This document shows positions 39,465-47,959 of a DNA stretch of 64,000 nucleotides, piece by piece. Positions within the stretch are counted from its first letter, which is position 1. The number at the start of each line of letters is the position of its first letter. The stretch is taken from contig CAWEPZ010000013.1 of the NCBI GenBank assembly GCA_963811105.1, forward strand, positions 1-64,000, in the 5' to 3' direction. Under the pieces are notes generated by a model. That model searched no databases, was not told the origin of the DNA, and saw only the letters and a program-made list of their open reading frames with translations. Made by a program: the position numbers and the translations under genes. Origin of the DNA: Candidatus Bathyarchaeota archaeon. GTDB lineage: Archaea > Thermoproteota > Bathyarchaeia > Bathyarchaeales > Bathycorpusculaceae.

Positions 39465-40830
39465 AGCTTGTTAGTGTTGGTTTGCTTGGGGTTGTTCCGC
39501 TTATCCAATGCCAGCCAGAGAAACTTTTTGTGTTAAGGTCCAGGTTACTTTGCCAAAGTGTTGTGCCGTCCATGCCAACAACGATGACATAGAGGTTGTC
39601 GCCTATCATTGTTGCAGCTGGGCTTTCATAAGTTGAACCGTCTGGCAGACCTGCCCACCCTTGCCATGCCCCATCAGTGTACTGGTTAATGTAGATGCTA
39701 TTGTCTGATCCTCTAACAACCATGCAGTAACCATTTCCATTTTGCCAAGCAGCCAAAGTAGGCGAAGACGTAACAGAGCCAGGAATCCAACTCCAACCAG
39801 AAAACACACCCGAAACAACATTAACACTAGCCTGCCACAGCGAGTTCTGAGCAGATAAGTCAGAAGCACTATAGCCCCTCACAACCACAGTAAGCACATC
39901 ACCCTCCATCACAGCAGCAACCTTATCACAAGTAGACCCACTGGCAAACACTCTCCAATCACCCCACGACCGCGCCTGAACCGAATACACACAATAGTAC
40001 ACACTATTATCAGCACCCCGCACAACCAAAGCCACTACATTACCATTAGAAGCCAAAGTAGGCGGAGAAGGAGTAGTTCCACTAATCCAAGACCAACCGC
40101 TAAATACGTTACTGTTTAAGTCAACATAGCCATGGTAGAGCGACTCGCCATCCATACCTCGAACCACAATATGCAACTCATTCCCACAAACCACCGCAGC
40201 CGGACTATCCAAAGTTGAACCAGGCAAACCAACCCAACCGCCCCAAGTATCAGAAGCAAAATCATAACTTCGATAATAAACAGTATTATCAGCACCCCGC
40301 ACAACCAAATCCGCACTACCAGTCGAACCGGTGTTAATCGCAAACGTCGCACCAATAGACCCATCAGCAGAAACCGCACTAAACTGGTAACTTTGGCCAG
40401 CAGGAGTATTGACAGCTACCGGTAATCCATTAACCGTTATGCTTGCGATGTGGTAACCAACATGTGGAGTAATCGTGTAGGTTGGAGTAGCGCCATAGTT
40501 AACAAACCCTGTTCCAGGAGAAATCCCGCCGTTAGCACCCGCAGTCACAGTAATAGTATATGTGTTAATCGCAAACGTCGCCGCAATTGTGTGTTCTGTT
40601 TGGACATTGACAAAAGTCCATGATGCCTGAACACCCTTAGACACACCATCAACAACCACATCAACAATGTGATAACCGAGGTTAGCCGCGATCGATGAAG
40701 GTCTTATCAGTACCATAGGTAACGCTGACAGATCCACTGGGGTTAATAGAGCCGCCAGATCCAGCAGAAGCAACAATCGTACCTGTAGTTTGTACTGTAA
40801 GAGCCATCGAAGTTTCCTTTGTGTTTCCAC
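39463..40830 (-). CDS. Surface protein 2, C-terminal fragment (InlB-B-like domains plus six-blade PLL-like propeller)
   Basis: Near-identical to the C-terminus of surface protein 1; separated from the upstream ORF by an extra A at 40695. Confidence 0.87.
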   Translation of the reverse strand: METQRKLRWLLQYKLQVRLLLLLDLAALLTPVDLSALPMVLIRPSSIAANLGYHIVDVVVDGVSKGVQASWTFVNVQTEHTIAATFAINTYTITVTAGANGGISPGTGFVNYGATPTYTITPHVGYHIASITVNGLPVAVNTPAGQSYQFSAVSADGSIGATFAINTGSTGSADLVVRGADNTVYYRSYDFASDTWGGWVGLPGSTLDSPAAVVCGNELHIVVRGMDGESLYHGYVDLNSNVFSGWSWISGTTPSPPTLASNGNVVALVVRGADNSVYYCVYSVQARSWGDWRVFASGSTCDKVAAVMEGDVLTVVVRGYSASDLSAQNSLWQASVNVVSGVFSGWSWIPGSVTSSPTLAAWQNGNGYCMVVRGSDNSIYINQYTDGAWQGWAGLPDGSTYESPAATMIGDNLYVIVVGMDGTTLWQSNLDLNTKSFSGWHWISGTTPSKPTLTS

Positions 40831-42733
40831 CCATGTCAGTGACTAAAGCGTAGATAGTGTAGGGGCCGTCAGCAAGACCAGATACGCCATATGTCCAGTG
40901 AGCCCAAGAATCAGAGGTTGCAGCATCCTGATAAGTACCAGTTGCGCCGACCTTGAATTGAACCTTCAAAACAGCAGCGCCATCTGAAGCTGTACCTGAA
41001 ACAGTGAAACTGCCAGAGTGCAAAACCGCATTGTTAATCGGCGATGTTATTGCTACAGTGGGATCGCTCTTGTCAAGCTTTATGTTTAAGAGAGTATGAT
41101 GAACCTCAACATTTCCAGCTCTATCAACACTCCAGTACTCCAAAGAGTTAGCTGCACCTTCAACCGTAATTATTGGCTGACCATTCGCGCTAAGAGTCAT
41201 TGTGGTTCCGCCGTTGATCTTATAGTAAGTTTCAGAGACACCGCCAATATCAACTGCAGTTAAGGTTATTGTGAAGTCGCTAGTATGCCAAAGACCATTA
41301 TAATTATCACTTGTTGTAAACAGTTGAGATCCACCAAAATTCAAAGTAACTGGACCAATGGGCAAAATAGAAACCGAAGGAACAACATTCACCGTAACAG
41401 AAGCCGCATTAGAGAGAGCCGACGTAATGCCTAAACTGTCAGTAACACGCACTGTAATGGAAGCGGAACCTACAGAAACAGCATCATAACTAAACGTTAC
41501 AGCAGCACCACTCTGGAAAAGACCGCCATTCACATACCACTGATAATTCGAGTAGACACCTGAGCCACCAGCAGCAGTAGCAGTAAACACCTTAGACTGC
41601 CCAACATCCAAAATCGCCGAAGTAGGCGTAACTGAAACCGAAGGAACAACATTCACCGTAACAGAAGCCGCATTAGAGAGAGCCGACGTAATGCCTAAAC
41701 TGTCAGTAACACGCGCAGTAATAGAAGCGGAACCTACAGAAACAGCATCATAACTAAACGTTACAGCAGCACCACTCTGGAAAAGACCGCCATTCACATA
41801 CCACTGATAATTCGAGTAGACACCTGAGCCACCAGCAGCAGTAGCAGTAAACACCTTAGACTGCCCAACATCCAAAATCGCCGAAGTAGGCGCAATAGAA
41901 ACCGAAGGAGCACCAGTCACTGTGAAACTATTGCTTGTTCCAGTCTTGCCGCCTCCGCTGGCTCCAAGAGTAACACTTGTACCAGAGTAAGAAACTGAAA
42001 CCGTAGAAGTAACTTGGCCGCCACTGGAAATAGTCACAGAAGAAGGATTTACCAATCCGCCGTTAGACTCAGTTAAAGAAACAGAACCAGCCCAACCAGC
42101 AACAATATTGTTGCTTAAATCATAAGCCGTCACTGTAACACTAAAGCCCGTTCCAGTGGATTGAGGACTGCTAATGCTACTAAAACCAAAATGATCCAAA
42201 GCACCTGCGCCTACAGTGTAGGTTGCAGAGGCAGAATTAGAGCTGGCGTCGGTGACAACTACCGATTTGCTCCCGACAGTAGAAGCGGGGACAGTAAACG
42301 TCGTGCCAGCCGGAATATCACCCGAGGCGTCAGTTGTGTGAGAACCACTTAGACTAACTGTTGAGCCAGCAAAAGTAGCTGAAAGCACCGAGTTAGCAGC
42401 AAAACCAGAACCAGAAATTGTAACCGAAGAACCTGGATTACCTGAAGTCGGATTTAAACTAATCGCGGTATAGGTTGCGTATATACTCCATTTTTCAGAG
42501 GAAGATGTGCCGCCACTCCATGAAGAGGGAAATGAACCATACGCTTGGGTGATATATTTTCCGTCTCCGCTACTTCCAGTTGTGTAGGATGGCCCAGAAT
42601 TGACGTTGTCCCATTGCCAAGCAAGCCAATAGGTTCCAGCATTCAACGTTAGACTTGTCGGATTCCCTTGTGCAATTGCAACAGTCTTCCAGGCATTAGC
42701 TGTAGCAGCTATACTGCTACTCTGCCACTGCAA
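40682..42733 (-). CDS. Surface protein 2, central fragment (IPT/Ig/PKD-like domains)
   Basis: Homologous to 29140-28515 and 20448-19800 of protein 1; the frame extends upstream to an extra base at about 42836. Confidence 0.85.
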   Translation of the reverse strand: MQWQSSSIAATANAWKTVAIAQGNPTSLTLNAGTYWLAWQWDNVNSGPSYTTGSSGDGKYITQAYGSFPSSWSGGTSSSEKWSIYATYTAISLNPTSGNPGSSVTISGSGFAANSVLSATFAGSTVSLSGSHTTDASGDIPAGTTFTVPASTVGSKSVVVTDASSNSASATYTVGAGALDHFGFSSISSPQSTGTGFSVTVTAYDLSNNIVAGWAGSVSLTESNGGLVNPSSVTISSGGQVTSTVSVSYSGTSVTLGASGGGKTGTSNSFTVTGAPSVSIAPTSAILDVGQSKVFTATAAGGSGVYSNYQWYVNGGLFQSGAAVTFSYDAVSVGSASITARVTDSLGITSALSNAASVTVNVVPSVSVTPTSAILDVGQSKVFTATAAGGSGVYSNYQWYVNGGLFQSGAAVTFSYDAVSVGSASITVRVTDSLGITSALSNAASVTVNVVPSVSILPIGPVTLNFGGSQLFTTSDNYNGLWHTSDFTITLTAVDIGGVSETYYKINGGTTMTLSANGQPIITVEGAANSLEYWSVDRAGNVEVHHTLLNIKLDKSDPTVAITSPINNAVLHSGSFTVSGTASDGAAVLKVQFKVGATGTYQDAATSDSWAHWTYGVSGLADGPYTIYALVTDMGGNTKETSMALTVQTTGTIVASAGSGGSINPSGSVSVTYGTDKTFIDRG
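41370..41892. repeat. 264-bp tandem duplication (88-aa PKD-like domain)
   Basis: Units start at 41370 and 41634 and are almost identical. Confidence 0.93.
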
Positions 42734-42818
42734 CGCACTTGGACTGCCAGCACTATCACTGTAAATTGCTAGCCTAAAGTTACCTGTCGCATGTGAGTAG
42801 AAATTAAGTGATCGGACG

Positions 42819-45113
42819 TTAGCATGGTCTGATAGACGTTGCTTTCATGGCTTTAGCAGAGCCCTCTATTGAAACACCGACAAAATAAGCTGCAACCTCC
42901 ACATTGGAGTGACTGGCCCAGCCTGTCCCGCCAGGGTTTGGAAAGGCGTTGCCATATGTTAGGCTTTTGGTATATGTAGTGCTGCCTGTGGCAGCGCTGT
43001 ATTGCACAGCGTGGTTAGTGTTAGTATTCAGAACTATCCAGTATGTTCCAGTAGCCAAGTACGTACTTGGAATTGTTATAGTTGACCATGTATTGGCTGT
43101 TACCGTACCTTCAACTTGAGTGAACATTCTTGTGCCAGGAGACCCGCTTGAATCTGTGTAAATGGAAACTTTTACGTTTCCGGCTGCGGTTCCGTAGGTT
43201 TTAATTTGATTAACAGTGAGAGGAACCGTTGTTGTGTATTTACTGGCTGTAAGATTGCCACTGTTAAGATTTGATAATGTTGCAGTGCTAGTGTGCCCTA
43301 CGTTGGTTGTTGGGTAATTTGTTGATCCTATGCTGTTTAGTCCGAATGTGGAAATGAAGATCGGTTGAGTGAATACGTAAGTCAAACCGTCGTTTAGTTC
43401 AGCTCTAACGTAGGTTAATCCTGAAGGCAAAGCACTAAGATCAAGTGTATTACCTGTTCCAACAAGCAGTTGGCCATCACCATACCAAAGGAGAGGAGCA
43501 GATGTATCGACCGTAAGCACAGTGCCTACTTGAGTTATGCTGTTGACTACTGGGATAACTTCGCCCGTATGATCCTCAGATGTGTAAGCAATAGAAAGAA
43601 AACTTCCAGCTTGGATGCTTGATTTGATATCAGCAAGAGCTGTTGAAGGAGAGTAAATTGATAGCCACGCTCTACCTACGTCGATAGTTTCATGAGCGTC
43701 ATCTCCCACAAATCCCCAAATGTGGTTTTGTCCAACTCTATTTGGATCCGTTAATATATGATCCCACAGTTGAAAATCAAAATTCTGAAGACCATCGCCC
43801 TCAGATGGATTATATATTTCAACACCTTGGAACCCCCTCCAAGTGTCAAGCGTCGTGAGTGTATAGGCGGTAGTAGTACCTTCTATATTCCCATACCAAT
43901 ATGGGTGGTTAACGATTGGGACGGCACCTTCGCCGTTTATAGCATCAATCTCAGCCTGTGCCGTAGCGTACGTATTGCCTGTTAGCAGAGTAAGACCAAA
44001 AGGCGCATTCATGTGAGAGGCAGCCCCAGAGATGTCGCGAGATACCTCTTCATTAGGAATAGCTATCATTCCTCCAGGTGGAGAATTAATTCCGTAAGAT
44101 GACCAAGGATAAGTTAGCTTGTCATGATCGGAAAATCCAAGCGCATTAAATCCATCAGCTGCATAGGCATTTGCCATTTGTAGAGGAGTATTAAGACCAT
44201 CTGACTGCGTTGTGTGGTCGTGCAGTTCAGTCTTTAAAGTTGACCAGCTTCCCCATTGAACACTAGCATAGGGATTGTATGTTACCGTGTATGATGTGTC
44301 ACCGCTGATAGATGCACCGGCCATTTGCATTACCATAAACCAAGTCAGCCGCTGGTGTTGGATTGACCCATCGCCCGGGTCATATTCTGTAGGGCGCTCG
44401 ATAATGTCGCCGGCTATGAAGCTTGTTCCAATCATATTATGGGCCTTAAACATTGGATAAGCTACTGTGTAGTCTGTTCGGTATGCGTCGTCGAAAGCAA
44501 TTACAACGACGGCTTTTTCGCCATTGTATGCGGTGTAAGCATCTCTTAGGGGCAGTACTGACAATTGACCTGCGATTTGTTTTGTTGAAAGGTAGTCCAG
44601 TATTGCACTGAGTGTTGCAGGAGTGCAGTCGTATTCTGCGGGGGTATTAGTTATTTCGTGGGTAAATAGAGTTAATAATTTTTTACCTGCTATTGCGGCA
44701 TCTATTGTTGATTGAATTTGCGCAACAGTCTTTGTTCTATCTATGTTTAAAGCAGAAAGTTGATACCAATCTAAAACTGGATACCCTTCCATGCCGCCGT
44801 TAGCTCCAGCGGTTCTGCCGCTAAGTCGGTAATTTCTAATAGTTGAGATGACTGCAGCATTATAGTCTCCGGATGGGTATGCTAAATGTTTAGGTATCGG
44901 TAAGTTATGTGCTTGGAATGCAGTATTTTGTTGTTGCATTTGAGTTACAATTTGAGCGGTCGTCAAAGAAGTGAGGCTGTCATGGGTGTATGTGTGGTCT
45001 TCAAAGTCCCATCCTGGTGTGGTTGCAGCTTTTACCATTAAATTGAGTATTGATACACTTGACACAAGTATTATGAATATAATTGAAAAAACTGCTATCT
45101 TTCGTAGTGACAT
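42819..45113 (-). CDS. Surface protein 2, N-terminal fragment: signal peptide, circularly permuted CE4 deacetylase domain, PHP (CehA/McbA-like) domain
   Basis: HTYTH, AYPSG, FTH, then AFDDA; PHP motifs LHDHT..SDG, SDHD, EE, NHP, EIYN, GDDAH. Confidence 0.85.
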   Translation of the reverse strand: MSLRKIAVFSIIFIILVSSVSILNLMVKAATTPGWDFEDHTYTHDSLTSLTTAQIVTQMQQQNTAFQAHNLPIPKHLAYPSGDYNAAVISTIRNYRLSGRTAGANGGMEGYPVLDWYQLSALNIDRTKTVAQIQSTIDAAIAGKKLLTLFTHEITNTPAEYDCTPATLSAILDYLSTKQIAGQLSVLPLRDAYTAYNGEKAVVVIAFDDAYRTDYTVAYPMFKAHNMIGTSFIAGDIIERPTEYDPGDGSIQHQRLTWFMVMQMAGASISGDTSYTVTYNPYASVQWGSWSTLKTELHDHTTQSDGLNTPLQMANAYAADGFNALGFSDHDKLTYPWSSYGINSPPGGMIAIPNEEVSRDISGAASHMNAPFGLTLLTGNTYATAQAEIDAINGEGAVPIVNHPYWYGNIEGTTTAYTLTTLDTWRGFQGVEIYNPSEGDGLQNFDFQLWDHILTDPNRVGQNHIWGFVGDDAHETIDVGRAWLSIYSPSTALADIKSSIQAGSFLSIAYTSEDHTGEVIPVVNSITQVGTVLTVDTSAPLLWYGDGQLLVGTGNTLDLSALPSGLTYVRAELNDGLTYVFTQPIFISTFGLNSIGSTNYPTTNVGHTSTATLSNLNSGNLTASKYTTTVPLTVNQIKTYGTAAGNVKVSIYTDSSGSPGTRMFTQVEGTVTANTWSTITIPSTYLATGTYWIVLNTNTNHAVQYSAATGSTTYTKSLTYGNAFPNPGGTGWASHSNVEVAAYFVGVSIEGSAKAMKATSIRPC

Positions 45114-45221
45114 CTAAACATTTCTCCTTTCTTATCGACTTATTTTTAACACATACTATTTTAAGATGATTCCAAAACCTGATATTTGACTTGAAAACTC
45201 TCAATTAGGAATTCGTCAAAA

Positions 45222-45253
45222 TATTTAAAGAAAAAACTCAGGAATACTATTCC
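45222..45253 (-). promoter_or_regulatory. TATA-like box (TTTAAATA) with perfect palindrome GGAATA-C-TATTCC upstream of surface protein 2
   Basis: Palindrome at 45241-45253; box at 45222-45229, about 110 nt before the start. Confidence 0.55.
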
Positions 45254-45465
45254 GGCTAACCCAACATAAATATCGCTTTCGCAGTCTCTAAGTTTGAGAA
45301 AATACAGGCAAAACTGGGTTACCGTCTTGTTCGGGCTTTTTCCCAGAAACCCGTACGTTCAAACAATTAGTTCAACAAGAATGCTCCAAGATTACCCTCA
45401 ATATCATCGATTTTTTGATGTGAAAAACTCACAATAGACTCGACAAATAATGACTAAAGATAACA

Positions 45466-46719
45466 TTAGTTCGAGGTTACTTGATAAATCAGTGACTCCC
45501 CATTTGAAAAAACTAAATTCTGTTTTTGAAGAAATCCGTTAACATCACTTAGATTCCAAATCCCGATTAAACTCGTCATCTCACCGTAAACGACATTCAA
45601 CCTTCTTAAGTAAATGTATGAGCCTACAGGAATCGGCTGGGTTTGATTATACATAAAATCAACTCTAGAAGAATCATCTCGATCTATACGGCCATAACTA
45701 GCTAAAACATGCATTCTTGAGTCATAATCACAAAAAATAGTGTTTGTGCTCGCATAGCTTGAAAGCCATTGTGCGCTATTTACCTCACTGTCTGTCACAT
45801 ACTTGCTGTAAAGAATTGATGGATCGCTCATGCTCTGCATCCTTTTCATGCTTAAAGCAGTCGAAAAAGGGACATCGCCAGTGGCTTCATAAACAAAGCC
45901 AATATTGAATGAGAAATAAGATATCAACACTACAGTTACAAGTATTATTGCAAACATCTCTATGTTAGCATTCTTTCGGAATCTCTTTATTATTTTCCCA
46001 GGAATTTTAAAAAGGAAAAGCCCACCTATAACAAAAAAAGGAGCCAAAACAAACAGAACAAGGTGATATATTCTTGAAACGTTTAATGCTGAGGCAAAAA
46101 AAGGCAAAACCATACTCATTAGCAACAGAGTTATGCTTGCGAAAGCAATAGGCAGATAGTTTCTTTGGAAGGGATAATTTTTGCCGATTCGTTTCCTTAA
46201 TAGTATAACAGCAAGAAAGCCAACAATAAGGAATACTTCTGCAATGTAGTTGGCATTTCTTCCTATGGCATGTCCTAATGACTCTGCAGCTCCACCTAAC
46301 CCTACGGCGTTCAGAACATCAGATTGTCGAGCGTTTGAGCTGAAAAAATCATTTATGAGAGCGTTATAGCGACTAGTGAAAAATGTTACGATGTCCTTCA
46401 AAAGTGAGGAATCGGCAGAGAAATAGGCCCAGGAAAAAATAGCTGCAAAAGTGAAACCTACGTGAAATTTTGTTATTCCTGTTTTCTTCTTCAGAAGGAC
46501 TGTAAGAATCCACGCAAATGTTAGAATATATAGGTATACGTATGATGTTGAATAATGTGAAACTGTTAATCCTAAAGTAAAAATAATGAACAATATTGCC
46601 TTAGGTCGTTTGTCTATTTTTTCATCAAGAAACAGAAATAATAGCAATACAAAAAAAAGCTCAGCGATCATTTGCCGCCCTAGTGACATAAGTTCGCGGT
46701 AGAATGTGTATAATCCCAT
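45466..46719 (-). CDS. DUF2206-family membrane protein, 3' fragment
   Basis: RQMIAELF, VSHYSTSY and LNVSRIYH motifs; frameshift (extra base at about 46768). Confidence 0.87.
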   Translation of the reverse strand: MGLYTFYRELMSLGRQMIAELFFVLLLFLFLDEKIDKRPKAILFIIFTLGLTVSHYSTSYVYLYILTFAWILTVLLKKKTGITKFHVGFTFAAIFSWAYFSADSSLLKDIVTFFTSRYNALINDFFSSNARQSDVLNAVGLGGAAESLGHAIGRNANYIAEVFLIVGFLAVILLRKRIGKNYPFQRNYLPIAFASITLLLMSMVLPFFASALNVSRIYHLVLFVLAPFFVIGGLFLFKIPGKIIKRFRKNANIEMFAIILVTVVLISYFSFNIGFVYEATGDVPFSTALSMKRMQSMSDPSILYSKYVTDSEVNSAQWLSSYASTNTIFCDYDSRMHVLASYGRIDRDDSSRVDFMYNQTQPIPVGSYIYLRRLNVVYGEMTSLIGIWNLSDVNGFLQKQNLVFSNGESLIYQVTSN

Positions 46720-46747
46720 AAAGAAGAAAACTGATAAAAAAGCAGCT

Positions 46748-47650
46748 TTATTTCCAATGAGGTTTTCGATAAATCTTAAAGAGAGCTAAAGGAACCAAAG
46801 AGAAAATTAGGGGATAAACTATTTTGTAAACGTATTCTCCGGACAGATTCAAGAAATTTGAAAAAATTGTTGGTAAAACTGTTATGCTTAACATAGCATT
46901 GTAATTGAAAGTATCGTTGGTAAAAGTGGGACCATTGATAGCTATGCTTTTCCAAATGGCATTTTGCTTAACAGTCATGAAAAGATAATATTCTAAATGC
47001 ATGTCATAACCGTAAATATACGGTGTTGTAAGCTCTTCATGAAACAATAAAGCTAGTCCAATTGCAAGAATCGCTATAGGATAGATTTCAAAAGGCAACT
47101 TTTTGGAAATCGAAAATAAAAAAACAATTATAGAGATTAAAATTACAAGCAACATCAACACTGAACTGTCTAGATAAAATCGTACCATCAATGCTCCAAA
47201 AATACTTAAGACAGGCAGAAGCACCAAAGCAAAGATAGTTAGGATGATTCTTCTATCAAAGGGCATTTTCCACTGAAGTGCTAAGTCGTCTCCAAAACGA
47301 AAGCAAAGGGCTAAAAGTATTGTTGAAAAAATATTCAGGGTCAGTATTAAAGATAAAGAAGAGAGTGGTTCTAAATAGCCAAAAACCGGATATACCTGAT
47401 TTATTAAGACTCCGACAAACATAAGAAAAGCTACACTAATGCCAACAGCAAGAAGAGAAAACTCAATAGAACTTAATCGCCCAAGCCTTAAAATTATGAG
47501 AATCGCTGCGCCGGGAACGAATAAAAGAAAAATGAAACCTAAAACTTGCCTAGCAATCGGTATGTCAAAAAGGATAGCGACGCACGAAAGTATTTGAATA
47601 GTTAATGCTATTCTAAGGACGGTTTTCATTGGAATTCCTTTTTGTTGCAA
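46748..47650 (-). CDS. DUF2206-family membrane protein, 5' fragment
   Basis: RQVLGF...FVPG, GYDMHLEYY, NAMLSITVLP and KIVYPLIFSLVP motifs. Confidence 0.87.
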   Translation of the reverse strand: MQQKGIPMKTVLRIALTIQILSCVAILFDIPIARQVLGFIFLLFVPGAAILIILRLGRLSSIEFSLLAVGISVAFLMFVGVLINQVYPVFGYLEPLSSLSLILTLNIFSTILLALCFRFGDDLALQWKMPFDRRIILTIFALVLLPVLSIFGALMVRFYLDSSVLMLLVILISIIVFLFSISKKLPFEIYPIAILAIGLALLFHEELTTPYIYGYDMHLEYYLFMTVKQNAIWKSIAINGPTFTNDTFNYNAMLSITVLPTIFSNFLNLSGEYVYKIVYPLIFSLVPLALFKIYRKPHWK

Positions 47651-47659
47651 GCTTATGAC

Positions 47660-47870
47660 AGTTCGTTATACGTCTATGTCCAGACCCCCTATTAGGAATC
47701 ATTCCCCTGCCAACTATGAGCGATACATCTGAACCAGATATACAAAACTTACTTGTTACGACATAATCTTTCTTATGATAGATGAGATATGGGGGTTACC
47801 AGAAGTATGGCCCAATCTGAACTCTGCCTTTGGGTAAACTTCTAAGTCGCGGAAAATTGAGGATTATTGA
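47660..47870 (-). pseudogene. Degraded remnant of a CatB/LbH O-acetyltransferase
   Basis: Manual translation GRVQIGPYFW*PPYLIYHKKDYVVTSKFCISGSDVSLIVG resembles the V.IG.YTYG.P......V.IGKFCSI..DV N-terminus. Confidence 0.4.
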
Positions 47871-47959
47871 TTTTAACACTAAAACACTTCGTTTCTAATC
47901 ATTAGCGAAATCCTAAAAATTATTGTTATTAAGTTGATCTTTTTCCCTACATTTTCTTG

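Noticed and set aside
29150-42840. Programmed ribosomal frameshifting as the explanation for the split giant genes
   Set aside because: No slippery heptamers or common motif at the sites, and sister repeats or the paralogue show the uninterrupted sequence at 22086 and 40695.
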